DNA of 64,000 nucleotides from Monocercomonoides exilis PA203 (GCA_001643675.2 LSRY02000005.1:1240001-1304000), one strand, 5' to 3'; shown: positions 24,799 to 55,026, counted from the first letter of the stretch. Notes: generated from the letters alone by a model not told the origin. A program made the numbers and translations.

Positions 24799-25392
24799 GA
24801 AAAATGATGGATCACTATTGCATTATTAATTCATTTTTTTTAAAATTTATGTGAATTTGAAAACACTTTTTTTTATTTTATTATAGATACGAATATGTCG
24901 ATAAAACGAATGAAAAAGACTTGAATCTCAATGAAGCGTTATTTATAAAGATATTTGGGTGCCCTTAAAGTAGCCCTTTGCCAGATTTTTTACGATTTTT
25001 TATGCTTATATATATAATATTGAAAGATAATGTTAGAATTATAATAATACGATTGCAGAAAAAGTTTGGAACAAATCATTGAATTTTTCATAAATGAAAG
25101 AATTCTCTCCCAAATCTGGACAAAAGAAATATTTCGAAAAGATTCATCAATGGAACATATTCATAAATATCAATAAATGGGGAAAAAATTCTTTAATAAG
25201 ACAATTTTGTCTTAAACAAGCACACAAAAACAATTATTTTGCTAACAATAAAATCAAAAAAAAAAAATCTCAACAAAACAAAAAAATTAATTATTTTTCA
25301 AATTATAAAATAATAAAAACATTTCCTTTGAAATAATAATTATAATAAATAACTTTTCTGAAACTCATTTACAACTCTGAAAAATCTGATCA

Positions 25393-28300
25393 TTACTGAA
25401 TTTCAGAAAGCACGTTTTTCAAAACAGTTATTGCACTGCGATGGAGGTATTGATGAAACGGAAGAAGCAGCCTGGCATACTCAATTAATTTTGGAAGCTC
25501 TCTTTATTATGCGTAGTCAAACCACGTGCCAATGAGTTGTTCAATGAATAATAATAATAATAATAATTAAGAAATCACATTTAAAACTAAAAATTTTCAG
25601 AATAAAATCTCAAACCTTTCGAATTTAGGATAATAGCCTTCGTAAAGTCGAATAAGAACTTCTTCGAAATTGTTCAAGTCAATCAAAAAAGCTTTTATTT
25701 TTGCGTCTTCAATGAACCTTTGAGGAGCAATAACGACATTTGCTGAAGAATGGCTGGATGATAACTCAGTTGGAAAAATGGAATCAGAAATTGGATCAGA
25801 AGAAGAAGAAAAAGAAGCAAAAGAAGGATTTGACACTTCTTCCTCTGAATTTTTCGCTGTATCTGGCAAAGATGCGGATGAGCTTTGTGCTGTCTCAAGT
25901 AAAATTTTAGGCTCTTTAGGTGATGGTACATACCTCCAAATTGATGAACCAGCAGAAGGAGGAGAATAATTCAAAGAAGAAGAAGAAGAAGAAGAAGAAG
26001 AAGAAGGCAACTCTTCAGAACAGCCCTTTTCAAGATCAGGAGGAGCCAACGCTGTTTTCAGCAGACTCGTCTGCACGCTGTTTTTGCCTTCTTCTTCTGC
26101 ATCTTTGCTCAAATCAGGCTGAAGCGCAAGGAGCCTTCTCTTGTACACCTCATAAAACGTGTGCATAATGCTGTCCAATTTCTTAAACTCCGCCGCCGCC
26201 CTCAGCACATAGCTCCGCACCATGCTGTTCAGATACCACCGCTCGCCGTTGCTGCCTGTCTGGAAAATAAGCGAGCGGTCCTGCAGATACTCCACCAGCT
26301 CTGCCAGCCTGCCTTCTTTCTGAAGCAGCTGCTCAGCGGCTGCACGGTCGAACGTGCCTCGACACGGGCCCAGGCGCATCAGGTCGTTCAAGGGCTCCTC
26401 TTTGATGGGGCTCTTTGAAGAATCCCCCGTCAGCAGCTCGTGGAACACGCTCAGCCGAAAGGGAGTGTGCGAATGCACCGCCAGCTGGTTTGCGACCGAC
26501 AGGATTGTCATATTCGGCCGGGAGCGCAGGAGTGCAATGGTCGAGCGGATGCAGTGCGGCAGGTCGCCACACACCGACGCGAGTGTGTCGGCGTCCTTGT
26601 GCGAGACGAATGCGGAGGGGCTCTTCTGCGCAGAGGTGCCCAGCGCAGCCAGAATCAGCTGGACCGACTCGCTCCGCTGCAGCGGCGCAAGGCTCAGTTC
26701 CAACGAGCGCACGCCGGCATCGACGGTGAGGCGGCTGCGGGCTGTGGCAAGAACAACCACGTCGCTCTCCTTTGGCAACAGCCCTGCGATCTGCTCGGCG
26801 GATGTTGCATTCTCTATGAGCAGTACGTGAGAGGGGACGATTATTGCGTTGTCTTCTGGTTGAGATAGAGAGAATGATGCAGTGGACAAAGTGGATGCAG
26901 ACAGCTTTGATTGATTTGAAGTGTTTGAGATGTTATGAGAAATGGTTGAATGAAGTGAAGAAGAAACAGAAGAAGAAGCAGAAGATGACGAAGGCAGCAG
27001 AGATTGCGTTTCTGAAGTGATTGAAGGAGGAGGAAGAGGAGGGCGAAGTGGCTTTTCATGTGAAATGTGGCTTATTTGATCAACTGGGATGAGTGTGCGA
27101 AATGACGAAGAGTGAATGGGAGTGGCAGACATGGAAGAATCAGAGGGGGACAATTGACGGGAAGAGAAAGGAAAAGAGTGAGAAGAGAATGACCCATTGA
27201 ATGGGGAAATACTCCGTTCAACACGACTTATTGAAGAAGAAGAAGAAGAAGATGATGATGATGACGAAGCTTTTTCAGGAACGCTATTTTCATGTGACGA
27301 TGATGACAAAGAAGCAGAAGAGTTCAAAGCAAGAAGCGACGGCGGTTGAGAGGCAAACATCGAGCGGGAGCGTGCACGTATGAGTGGCTGAGGAGGAGGA
27401 AGAGCAGAAGGCATTGGAGAAGTCGGGATTGAGATTGGTGTGGTGCTTTTTGCAGGCTCAGGGGTGGTTGAATTGGAAGGAAGCGAGTGAAGTGGAAATG
27501 AAGTGAACGATGAAGTGAACACAGGAGGCGGTGCAGGAGGAAGCGATTGGCGGGTAAGAGGTCTTTTTGGTCTGATCACAAAAGAAGGCGGAGGGGGAAG
27601 ATTTGGCAAAATTGCTGAAGAGCTGCCTGCTTCCACAGGAAAAGGAGAAGACGAAAACACATGAGGCGCTGTCCGAAAGAGCTTCCAGTACAGTTCTGCC
27701 ACTGCCTCGCTGTTGTGCTGCGCCACTTCGGTGACTCCAATCCCGCGCGACAGAACAGCCTGTTCCATCGCTTCTTGCACAGACAGCTTTGTTAGTCCTG
27801 GCCCAAGGACGTTTATCGTCAGTCCTCGGTTTGGATTCATCCCTCCAAAGACATTAAACAGCTGCTGCGCAAGCGCAGATTTTCCCACAGACAGCCCTCC
27901 GTAGATTACAATCACTCTGCAAAGTCCCTTAGTCTCTCTGACAAATTGCATCACCAACTGAATTTCTGCTTTTCTTCCAATAAATTCAGTTGGGCCAGAT
28001 CCAGCATAATCTTGAAGAGATGCAGAAATTCTAGGTGGAGAAGCAGAACGACTTCTATTTTTCACAGAGAGATATGATGGTGAAGGAGATGCAGAACGTC
28101 CAACTCTATTTGTAGGAAGTTGAGTTAGAGGAGTTGCAACCGTTGATGAACTTATGCTTGTCGATTTTGAAAAATAAACTGACATTCGCAAACGCTCTTC
28201 AATCATATCTGAATCCATTCGCTTTGTTTCTCCATGATCTCTATAATATGCTTCAGTTTTTGTTTGATTTGTGTAGTAAATTGGTGAATATCCTTTTGAT

Positions 28301-28719
28301 ACTGTAATTCGAATAATACATAGTGAAGATTCCGATGATTCCGACGATTCCGAAATAACTGGAAGAAATTTGACGCAATAAATTGACGGATCCACTTGCG
28401 GTTGTATCCTATTTATTATCCCATCAATCCCGAGTCGAATATCATCCCGATCTTTCCTTGCTGGAAGAAGTCCTTGAACAATGCCCTTTTTATCTACTCC
28501 AAAAATAATACATCCTCCATTACTGTTTAAGAAAGCATTCAAATGTTTTTCGGATTCATCAAGAATAAATCTGGTAATCTTTTGTTGATTAATGATTGGA
28601 AAACATAATGTGTCTGAATGTGTTAAAAAAGGAATAAGCTCTCCTTTCTTTATAGGTGTAGAAGGCAAAGGTGTTTGATGCGCTATATTAGCGTTAGAGA
28701 CTTGGAAATCATCCTTCAT
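25393..28719 (-). CDS. Schlafen (AlbA_2)-domain + STAND/NB-ARC (AP-ATPase) NTPase fusion protein; exons 28719-25616 and 25501-25393, ~1070 aa
   Basis: AFLNSNGGCIIFGVDKKGIVQG (Schlafen/AlbA_2); FIGRKAEI; Walker A GGLSVGKS; Walker B VLLIENA; VLATAR; CGDLP; winged helix LQDRSLI...WYLNSMVR. A 114-nt GT-AG intron links an in-frame last exon (ELPKLIEYARLLLPF...Q*). Confidence 0.85.
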
Positions 28720-28876
28720 CTAATTCAATATTCTTTTATTATGGCCATGGAAAAATCAGAAAACAGCGAATTTCGAATAAGTTCACACTTTATTCGAGGC
28801 TTTTTAAAAAAACAGATTGCCAAAAAAAAAAAGATATATAATATTTTTTTGTCATTATTTTTTGTCTTTTTGGCAA
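28720..28876. promoter_or_regulatory. Putative 157-bp bidirectional promoter (Schlafen-STAND / RING E3)
   Basis: Head-to-head ATGs at 28719 (-) and 28877 (+). Confidence 0.4.
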
Positions 28877-31800
28877 ATGGGGCCAAACACTTCAGCACCC
28901 CAGCGCCAAGTACGTCAAAGAGCTCAAATAACTGATAGAGCCGTCATAGGCTTGTAGAAATACGTTTTTGTATCGCTTATAAATGATGTATCGTTATAGA
29001 TCTTATTTACACTCTTGCAACTGGTAATACTTTCGAAATTGCAAGAAGGTATAATATTTTATTAGTAAATATGTTTATTAATAATTTCTTGCAATAATTC
29101 ATGTTGTACGAAAGACAACGCGCAGAAATACCTCGGACTTTAAAGTACACAAATGCAATAAAGTCCTTAGTCTGGGTTCATAAAGATGTTTGCAACAATT
29201 TGCGTTTTAACTGCATTTATCTTTTTCCATTAAAAGACTATTCGACCATATCCTATAAACGTATCTGCTGACCAATATGGATTAGAATTTGAATTCGATG
29301 CATTAGCACCATGTAAAATAACAATTTATTTTTTAGCAGAAGATAAGCTGCAAGCAGTTCCTATGCCCAATGCATCAAAATGTGGTCCGTCAAACAGAGT
29401 CGTATATAGACCGCAATACCGCAGCTATTTTAGACCACAGGTATTTCATCGTTCAGGACTGCGAATGATGTATCGTTCAGAATCAGCAGATTTCATTTCC
29501 TTGCGTGCGCTGGAATTGCAGCCACAATACACTGTACAATCGCCACCTCCCGATGCTCATCATCGAAGACGTCACACACTAAATGAACGAACAATATCTT
29601 CTCCTCAGACGAGGATTGCGTTTCCTTGTCCGATGCTGATTGACATTCAGACACTCGACAATGAAAGTGCACCTCTAATAACACCAGCTCCACATCTCGT
29701 ATCCGATCCTTCTTCTTCGAGCTCTTCAAGCAACTTCAGCAATACAAGCAACACGTTAAGTACATCCACTTCCTCATCTGAATCATCTGATCCTTCTCGT
29801 TCGCGTAGCGTAGCTCCTGATTTGCCACCAACGTTTATGATTCGCCAGCAGCTAACTTATGCGACCTTCCATTTGAACAACCACGAAGATAGGCACAGCT
29901 CTGCAGCTGAAACATCCGCCTTGAATTATTCTTCTGCTTCTCATTCAAATTTTTCTCCGTTGTACTCATCACAACCATCAAGTAGGATGTCTGCTTCAAG
30001 ACAGTCACCTCACTCATCATTGAGACAGCGTCCGTCTTCGCAGCTCCCCTTCTCCTCGTTTGCCCCACTTCCCACACTGACATTTTCTCAAGTCCAGCCG
30101 TCGTCCAGTTATCAGATCGATGGAGCACAATATAATCCCAGCCAAGCAAATCCGTTTGATCTTGACGATGGCTCTTCCTTCCCAACAAGCGTCTTTGCGC
30201 AGATGGTACCCCAGCAGCAGCGCTCTTCTGAAGTGCACATTGGAGAGAGTGCAGATGGCCAGTCAGCTGAAGAGAGAGAAAGATTGCTCCATTCAAATAT
30301 TCCTCAGTCTTCTCATTTAGCTCATACAAAACACAGAAATAGGCGCACGCGAAGAAGCGAGACTGAGCCGGCTGAGGAAGTGTTTGACCGACTCGACAGG
30401 AATAATTACGAGAAATTCAATGACAACGATGATGATGATGATGACGACGACGACGATAACGACGATGATGAAAGCAAAGAGGAGCAATCAGAAGAGACAG
30501 AGCAAGAAGTCATGGGCGGTTTTGAGTTCGAAGACGACGATCAGCTTGACCCAGTTCTGCAGGCTGTGCTGATGCAGTCTATTGCAGACAACAAACAGCA
30601 GAAGAATGAGCAGCAGTCACAACAACAGCAATCACAGCAGAGTCAAGAAGAAGAAGAAGAAGAACAACAACATCATCATCATCATCGTCGTCATCATCAT
30701 CACAAGAGGAAAAGCCAATCTTTGAGTTCGCAGTCAGAGGAAGATGAGATCAGTGCCGAGGAGCAGAGTGACGAAAGTGGAGAGAGCAAACGCAATTTGC
30801 CTGATTTTGCTGAAGATGATGATATGCTTCAGATGGAAGCAAAAACAGATGCGAGTGAAAATATGAGTCAGAAAGAACGCAAATTAGAAAGCGATTCACA
30901 GAGGCATTCAACAAAACTATCAACCTTGTCGTCATCATCATCTTCATCATCATCTTCTTCTTCTTCGACTCAGCCATCCATCTCGAATTTGCTTTCTTCG
31001 CCACGTTTGCAATCAGAACAGGGCGAAATGCAATCCACATCATCCACACACACAACCCCATACGATTCCTATGAATGCGAAATGTCTTCTTTTCCTTCTT
31101 CTTCCTCTTCCTCCTCCTCTTCCTCCTCTTCTTCTTCTTCTTCCTTCTCATCTTCACCCCATCCATCTTCAAACATATTTCCTCTTCCAGGCGATGAGCT
31201 AGGCCCAAGAATTGTCTCAGTCTCTTTCATCCCTCGGCTCTTCCCAGGCGAACAACCACCAATTTCTGTAACTATTCTTCCTCCTTCTGTCTCATCGGAG
31301 GCAAGCTCAGCTGCTGCCTCTCCTTCTCTGGGGATGCTTGGCGATTCGGCAAGTGTGTCATCATCATCATCTTCTTCTTCATCATCATCTTCATCTTCTT
31401 CTTCTTCTTCTTCTTCTTCCTTTTCCTCTTCTTCTTCTTCACACCTCAACCAAAACAAACACTCACAGCTTTCTCTTCCATTTGAAACCTCCTTTGCCTC
31501 CCAGTCTTCTCTACAGACTGCGGCGCGTGCTTCTCTTTCTCCTTCTTCTTCTTCTCTTCCTCTTTCTTCTCTTCCCTTTTCAATCAATGTGATGGCACAA
31601 AAGTACTTTTTTGCTGGAAGGCTTTTTGAAGTTAAGCCTATATTTGGGCTGCCTCAAAACACAGAAAATGAGAAAAGATTGAAGCAGGCGAAAGAAGAGG
31701 AAGAAAAAAATAAAGATGGAATTAATGGAATTAAGACAAATCTTGCTAATGAATCTTCAGCTTCATCATCATCATCATCTTCTTCTTCCTCTTCCTCTTC

Positions 31801-32113
31801 TTCTTCATCATCTTCACCTTCACCACTTCAGATGTCTCAAACCTCTGACACTTCACATCCTCTAAATTCCACAACACAATCTTCCGCTGAGTCGATTTCT
31901 CCTTCGTCTACACCTTCTGTGGATGAAAGGTGTCTTATTTGCTTGACAAACCGCCGCTGTATTACTCTTATTCCTTGCATGCACTGTTCATTGTGTGCGG
32001 AATGTGCTGTTGAGCTACTTCGTTCTGATTCATTTGGACAAAAATGTCCTGTCTGTAGAACAAAAATTAAATCACTTTTATTAATTGATGTTCATAATAA
32101 TTCGGCAAAATGA
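28877..32113 (+). CDS. MGRN1/RNF157/LOG2-like RING E3 ubiquitin ligase (short 5' exons, long final exon)
   Basis: MGPNTS start; exon pieces IKSLVWVHKD and GLEFEFDALAPCKITIYFLAED; QKYFFAGRLFEVKPIFGL; C-terminal C3HC4 RING CLIC...PCMHCSLCAEC...CPVCR. The exact first donor site is uncertain. Confidence 0.8.
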
Positions 32114-32169
32114 TTTTTAATTTTCAATTTTTATTAGTAACCCTTTTTTTTTTTTAATTTCTCAAATTA

Positions 32170-33953
32170 ATGTGGATATTTTTCTTATTTTTGTTTGTTT
32201 CAGATGTTTCATCAACAAAATGCAATCGTAAAAATGTTGATTTTGTATGTCCAAATTCTAATGGTTGTGTGAATGAAACATGCACTGTTTGCACAAGCGA
32301 TGAACACTGCAGTTTGCAATCATATTGCTTAAAAGGACAATGCACACACAGAACTTTGTTTCCAATGAGCGGATACAGCGTTCTTACTATATTTGCGTTG
32401 TTTTTCGTTTCTATCCTTGGAGGAGCAACGGGACTTGGTGGTGGTTCATTTGCAGTTCCTGTTCTTGCTCTTTGTTCTGCTTTTTCATCAGTTCAAGCTG
32501 TTGCAATTTCCCAAGCTACAATTCTCGGTAATGGTATAATTTCATTTTTTGCTGGAGCAATTAGTCGACATCCAACGAGAAATCGTCCGCGAATTGCATT
32601 TGATGTTGTTTTCGTTTTGTTTCCTTCTTTACTCTGTGGGTCATTTATTGGTGTTTTCGTAGCACCATTACTACCGCAATGGGTCATTATGATTTTGATG
32701 GTTTTATTTTTAATATCAACAATTTCAAGTACTATTAAAAGGGTTTGAAATAGAAAATTTTGTTCATCAGCTTTTCATCCAATTATATCCTCTTCAATTC
32801 TTTATTTTTTTTTCCCCATAAAATTAAGGCCGTTAAAGAACTGAGGCAGGAACGAATGTTTCGCAAGAAAAACTCAAGTGGAAATTTGGGTGATGTATCA
32901 AAATCAACACACGAAATGGTACCATTCGATGATAAAAAAAGGCCAATATCTATGGCTGTTTCATCAAATCAAATAGACTGTAAGAGTACTGATTTGAACG
33001 AACACAAAATTTCATCCATCAACAATGAGGAGGAAATTGGTGCAGACAATGCTGTATTGCATTCTGTAAAAGACATTGTAAATGAAGAGGAAGAAACAAA
33101 AGAATCTGAACAGCATCAAAAAAACAAAGACTGTTCCAAAGGAATGCAAGAAAATGAAACATCTTCTCCAGAAACAGATGAAGGTTCACTGAAAAAGGCG
33201 ACGCCAAAGAAAGATCGAGATGCTCTTGAATTGGAGCGCATTTTAAAGAAAGAGCAGCATTTCCCAGTGATCAAACTTCTGTTCTGTTTCGGGAACTGGT
33301 GCTTGCTTGTCTTTGTGTCGTTTGTGCGTGGCGGGAAAGGAGGGGCAAAATCTCTCTTTGGCGTTGAGAAGTGCTCGATGATTGACTGGCTGTCGTTTGG
33401 CTTGTTTATTTTTGTCTCCATCCTTCTGGCGCTCTTTGCAGGGCTTGTGCTGATGCAAGAGGAGAGGAAGAAGAAGCGGCTCAACTACCCATTCGCCATC
33501 GGAGACGTGCACTGGAAGCCGAAGACGGCTGTGCTGCTGCCCATTGCGTGCATCGCGGCTGGGTTTATTGCAGGGCTGCTTGGCATCGGAGGAGCACTTG
33601 TCACTTCACCTGTCCTGTTGGAGATGGGGATCCTTGTTCCAGTTGTTACTGCCACAACATCGGCGCTGCTGCTCGCGACGTCGGCATCGGCTACTGCCCA
33701 GTTTGCGGTGTCTTCCTTGCTGCCGATCGATTTTGGGGTGTTTTTCTTTGCGATTGGCGTGGCGGGGGCGTTGATTGGCCTGCTTGTTATTTCAAGGCTG
33801 GCTGTGAAGTATCATCGCTATTCCATTCTGCTATTTAGTATTCTGGTTCTCTATTGCGTCTCACTCATAATGAGTGGGTTCTATGGAATATACTCCGTCG
33901 TCCTTATCTTTACGAATGGCGGAGCAATTGGCTTTAAATCACCTTGCGCTTGA
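32170..33953 (+). CDS. TauE/SafE-family sulfite exporter-like membrane protein; exons 32170-32742 and 32829-33953
   Basis: GGATGLGGGSFAVP and AGLLGIGGALVTSPVLL repeats, RPRIAFD motif, multiple TMs, and an in-phase GT-AG intron. Confidence 0.85.
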
Positions 33954-34281
33954 TTCGCATGAAATCTGAGTTGTAGGTAGAATTGTTATGTATTTTCTTT
34001 TTTTTCCTTCTTCTTCTTCTACTTTTTTTTTTATTTTGATTTTTCGTTTGCAATGCAAAGTTTGCATTGAACACTTCACAGGAGTATTTTTAGTTGTAGA
34101 CTGTTTTGGATTGCTTGAAGAATTTCAGCATCGTTTATTTCAATTTAGATTTCCAACAACACTTTATTTTGATGATTTCCCCATCATAAATCATCTTGAT
34201 TTATAACCTTTATGTATATGTTTTTCTTGTAATATTGCAACATCTTATTTTATATTTTCATCGCACAAATTAATTTTTACT

Positions 34282-34320
<39 letters not shown>

Positions 34321-34841
34321 TGAAAACTACTTTTTGCGACTAATTAATATTTTCGTAACATACAACATCAATTGAACGATTAAATTGATAACTTTTTTTC
34401 TAATCATCATTTCAAATCAAAAAATCATTCAAAAAATAAAATTTCAATTTCCACTCATTTCTCACAGAAAAGTTTTCATCTTTTTCAAATATCCATGAAA
34501 GATTTTTTATAAGTCTCAAAGAAAACTAATATCAATCTTCATAGAGAGATTTAAAATTTTGAAAACAAACAAATCTATATCTATATATCAAAAAACAACA
34601 AATTATAAGTCGAGAAATATGAAACAATATAAAAAATCATCATTTCAGTGATATTTCGAATTATAATTCGAAAGAAAAATCTAATCGCATATGATAAAAA
34701 TTGTCATTGTTATTTTCTGGTTTTTATTAAATTTTAATGAATTGTTTCAGAGATCCTCATCTTCTTCTTACCCATTAAGTTTTTATTGTGAATTCTTCAT
34801 TTTTGGTTTTATTAATTATTGGCTTTTTAATATAAACTCCA

Positions 34842-35885
34842 ATGGATGACGAAAGACAGGAAGAAGAAATTGAAACATTAAAAAGTATATTTGGTTCCGA
34901 AACTATTGCTGTTGAAACGCAGCGAAACAGAGAAACAAAGTCAAAGGAGCGTTTAGTTAAATTAAAACTTGATGAATCCCATTGGTTAACTTTAGTGTTA
35001 CCTTTTAATTATCCTTCGAAATCTCCGCCAACTCTGTTACGTTCTGTTCCAGCAATTAAATATTTTTCTCATGAAATTTTCGAGGAGATGGCATCGAAAA
35101 TCGAAGAATTATACTTGGATACAAAAGATGCGCTTCTCTATGCTTTCTTTCAGTGGTCTGATTTAATTTAATTTCAATGCTTGAAACCGAAAATATTTGT
35201 AAATTTTAGGGTTTTGGATGAGAAAGTTCCAGAAGCCCAATCCAAAAAGGCAAGTTCATCCTCAAGTCAACCTTCGAAGGAAGAAAAGAAGCACGAAGAA
35301 GAAGTTGTGCCAAAAAAGACAGTGCCAACCAGAAAACTTGAAATATTCCAAGGTGAACCTCTTGTTGATAGAAAAAGTTTGTCATTCTTATTTTGTATGC
35401 GCATGCAATATCCTTTTGCAACCATTAATATAGGTAAATTTTTGGGATTTGCTGCAAATGTTTTATCTCATGAAGAAGTTGAAAGTTTTGTTGCGGATCT
35501 GAAGACGAATAAAGATATTGCCAGAGCGACACATAACGTTGTTGCATTTAGGATTAATTCTCCAAATTTTGAGTCCTATGATGATGACGGAGAAGACGGA
35601 GCAGGTGCAACGTTGCTGTATTTGCTTCAAAAAATGAAAATTGATAATGTTGTTGTTATGGTAACAAGATGGTTCGGAGGTATATTACTTGGATCAGATA
35701 GATTTAAAGATTTTTGTGAATCAGCGCAAAATGTTTTGAAAATTGGTGGCTTTCTCGATAAGCCTGACAATGAAAAAGATGCATCGACAAAGGGTCACAA
35801 CAAAAAGAGTAAAGGTGTGACAAATTTTGATTTTTTTATTGGATAATATTTTCTTTTTTTTCGTTTAGGAAAGAAAAAGAAGTGA
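34842..35885 (+). CDS. IMPACT: IMPACT family protein (RWD + UPF0029); exons 34842-35155, 35210-35376, 35434-35814, 35869-35885
   Basis: QEEEIETLKSIF/YPSKSPP (RWD); DRKSKF, ATHNVVAFR, DDDGEDGAG and VTRWFGGILLGSDRFK. All introns are GT-AG and in phase. Confidence 0.9.
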
Positions 35886-35983
35886 CACTCTATTTAATAG
35901 CTTATTGTATTTTACTAAATAGTCATTGTTTTTTATGTTATTTTTGTACTTGAAAGAAAAAAATAAATTTGAAAATTGAAGAA

Positions 35984-42502
<6,519 letters not shown>

Positions 42503-43287
42503 GGAAGGAGCGGAAGGAGAGGAGAGAGAGGAAGGAGAGGAGAGAGAGGAGAGATTGGGACAGGCTCTTTCGAGTTCATTTCGGACTTTCCAAGGTTGGA
42601 AGCGACTTTGGCTGTTTTAATTTTTTTAGGTGATTTGAGTTTTTAAATGCCTGAATGGCATTATTTGTGTTGTTTTTTTTATTTGTTTTAGTCTGCTGAT
42701 GATGCTGTTTGTTGTGTTATGTTATGTTTTTGTGGATGCAACAGAAAAGAATCAAAAAGCTGGATAATTTCAAAGTTGTTTTTCTTTTCTTTTCTATATT
42801 GCATGATGTTCAAATAGTTGTTGTTCACAAATACTTCTTTTGCAAAGCATGTCAAAAAATTTGACAAAAATTCATAAAAGGCTCGGTAAAAAATAATGAT
42901 TGTTGAACTCAACTTTTTTTGAAGTATTTTATTGTTGAAAGGTGTAGCTTATTGACAATTCGGTTAAATAACTATTTTCAGAAAGTTGAACATAATACCA
43001 GCTTTGAAATGGTTTTATAACTTTTCTTAAAGAATGTTCATTTTCTTTTCCAAAACGATAGATGAAATAATTTTAACCTTTCTTCCATGTTTAATTTTTT
43101 TAATGAAGTTTTTAAAAGAAAAGTTATAGTGCAAATAAAACAACAATTAATAAAACATTCAATATAAAGATATAAAATATTAGTGTATGAGGCTTTTCAT
43201 ATATAAAATTCAGCCTTTATTTTTCATCAAAATGACATTTTTCAATAAAAAGTGATCAAAAAATTATAAAAAATGAAGAAAATTTGA

Positions 43288-54576
<11,289 letters not shown>

Positions 54577-54794
54577 ATTTAATTGAGTTAACAAGCGAAC
54601 ATTTTTTTTTTTTTGTAAAAATTTGAATTTTTTCTGAGAATAAACAATTCTGTCAAATTAATTGATGTTTTTCAATCGAATAGATAATTACAAACATTTT
54701 TAAGATAGAATTATTCAAAAAAGTATTTTTTTAATTGCATTGTTTTTGAAAAGTCGCAAATGTTAAATTATCATTATATGGGTGAATTTTTGTG

Positions 54795-55026
54795 AAAAAT
54801 TCATTTTGTTTTATTTTCTAAAAAAATAAAATTTTCATATTTTTATCAATTTTTTATTCTCACGGATTAAACTTTACTAAAATGGATATCAAAACCTGAA
54901 CAATGTTTTTATTTTCATTTTATTGAAGTTTCTAACGTGGGAACAAAAAATTGTTGAAAATTTGAAATTTTTATTTTATTTGAAAATTTCACAAAAGGAA
55001 CTTTTCAAAAAAAATTCAGACAAATA
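54795..55026 (+). repeat. Dispersed AT-rich repeat homologous to ~23975-24198 (boundaries approximate)
   Basis: Shared collinear blocks with the 24-kb copy. Confidence 0.6.

Noticed and set aside
26160-26830. GC-rich segment of the STAND gene as evidence of recent horizontal transfer
   Set aside because: Similar GC-rich stretches occur in native USP7-like and TauE exons. Origin must be tested by phylogeny.
28950-28999. GC-AG first intron in the RING E3 gene
   Set aside because: An upstream GT donor in the same phase gives an equally open frame, so it is ambiguous.
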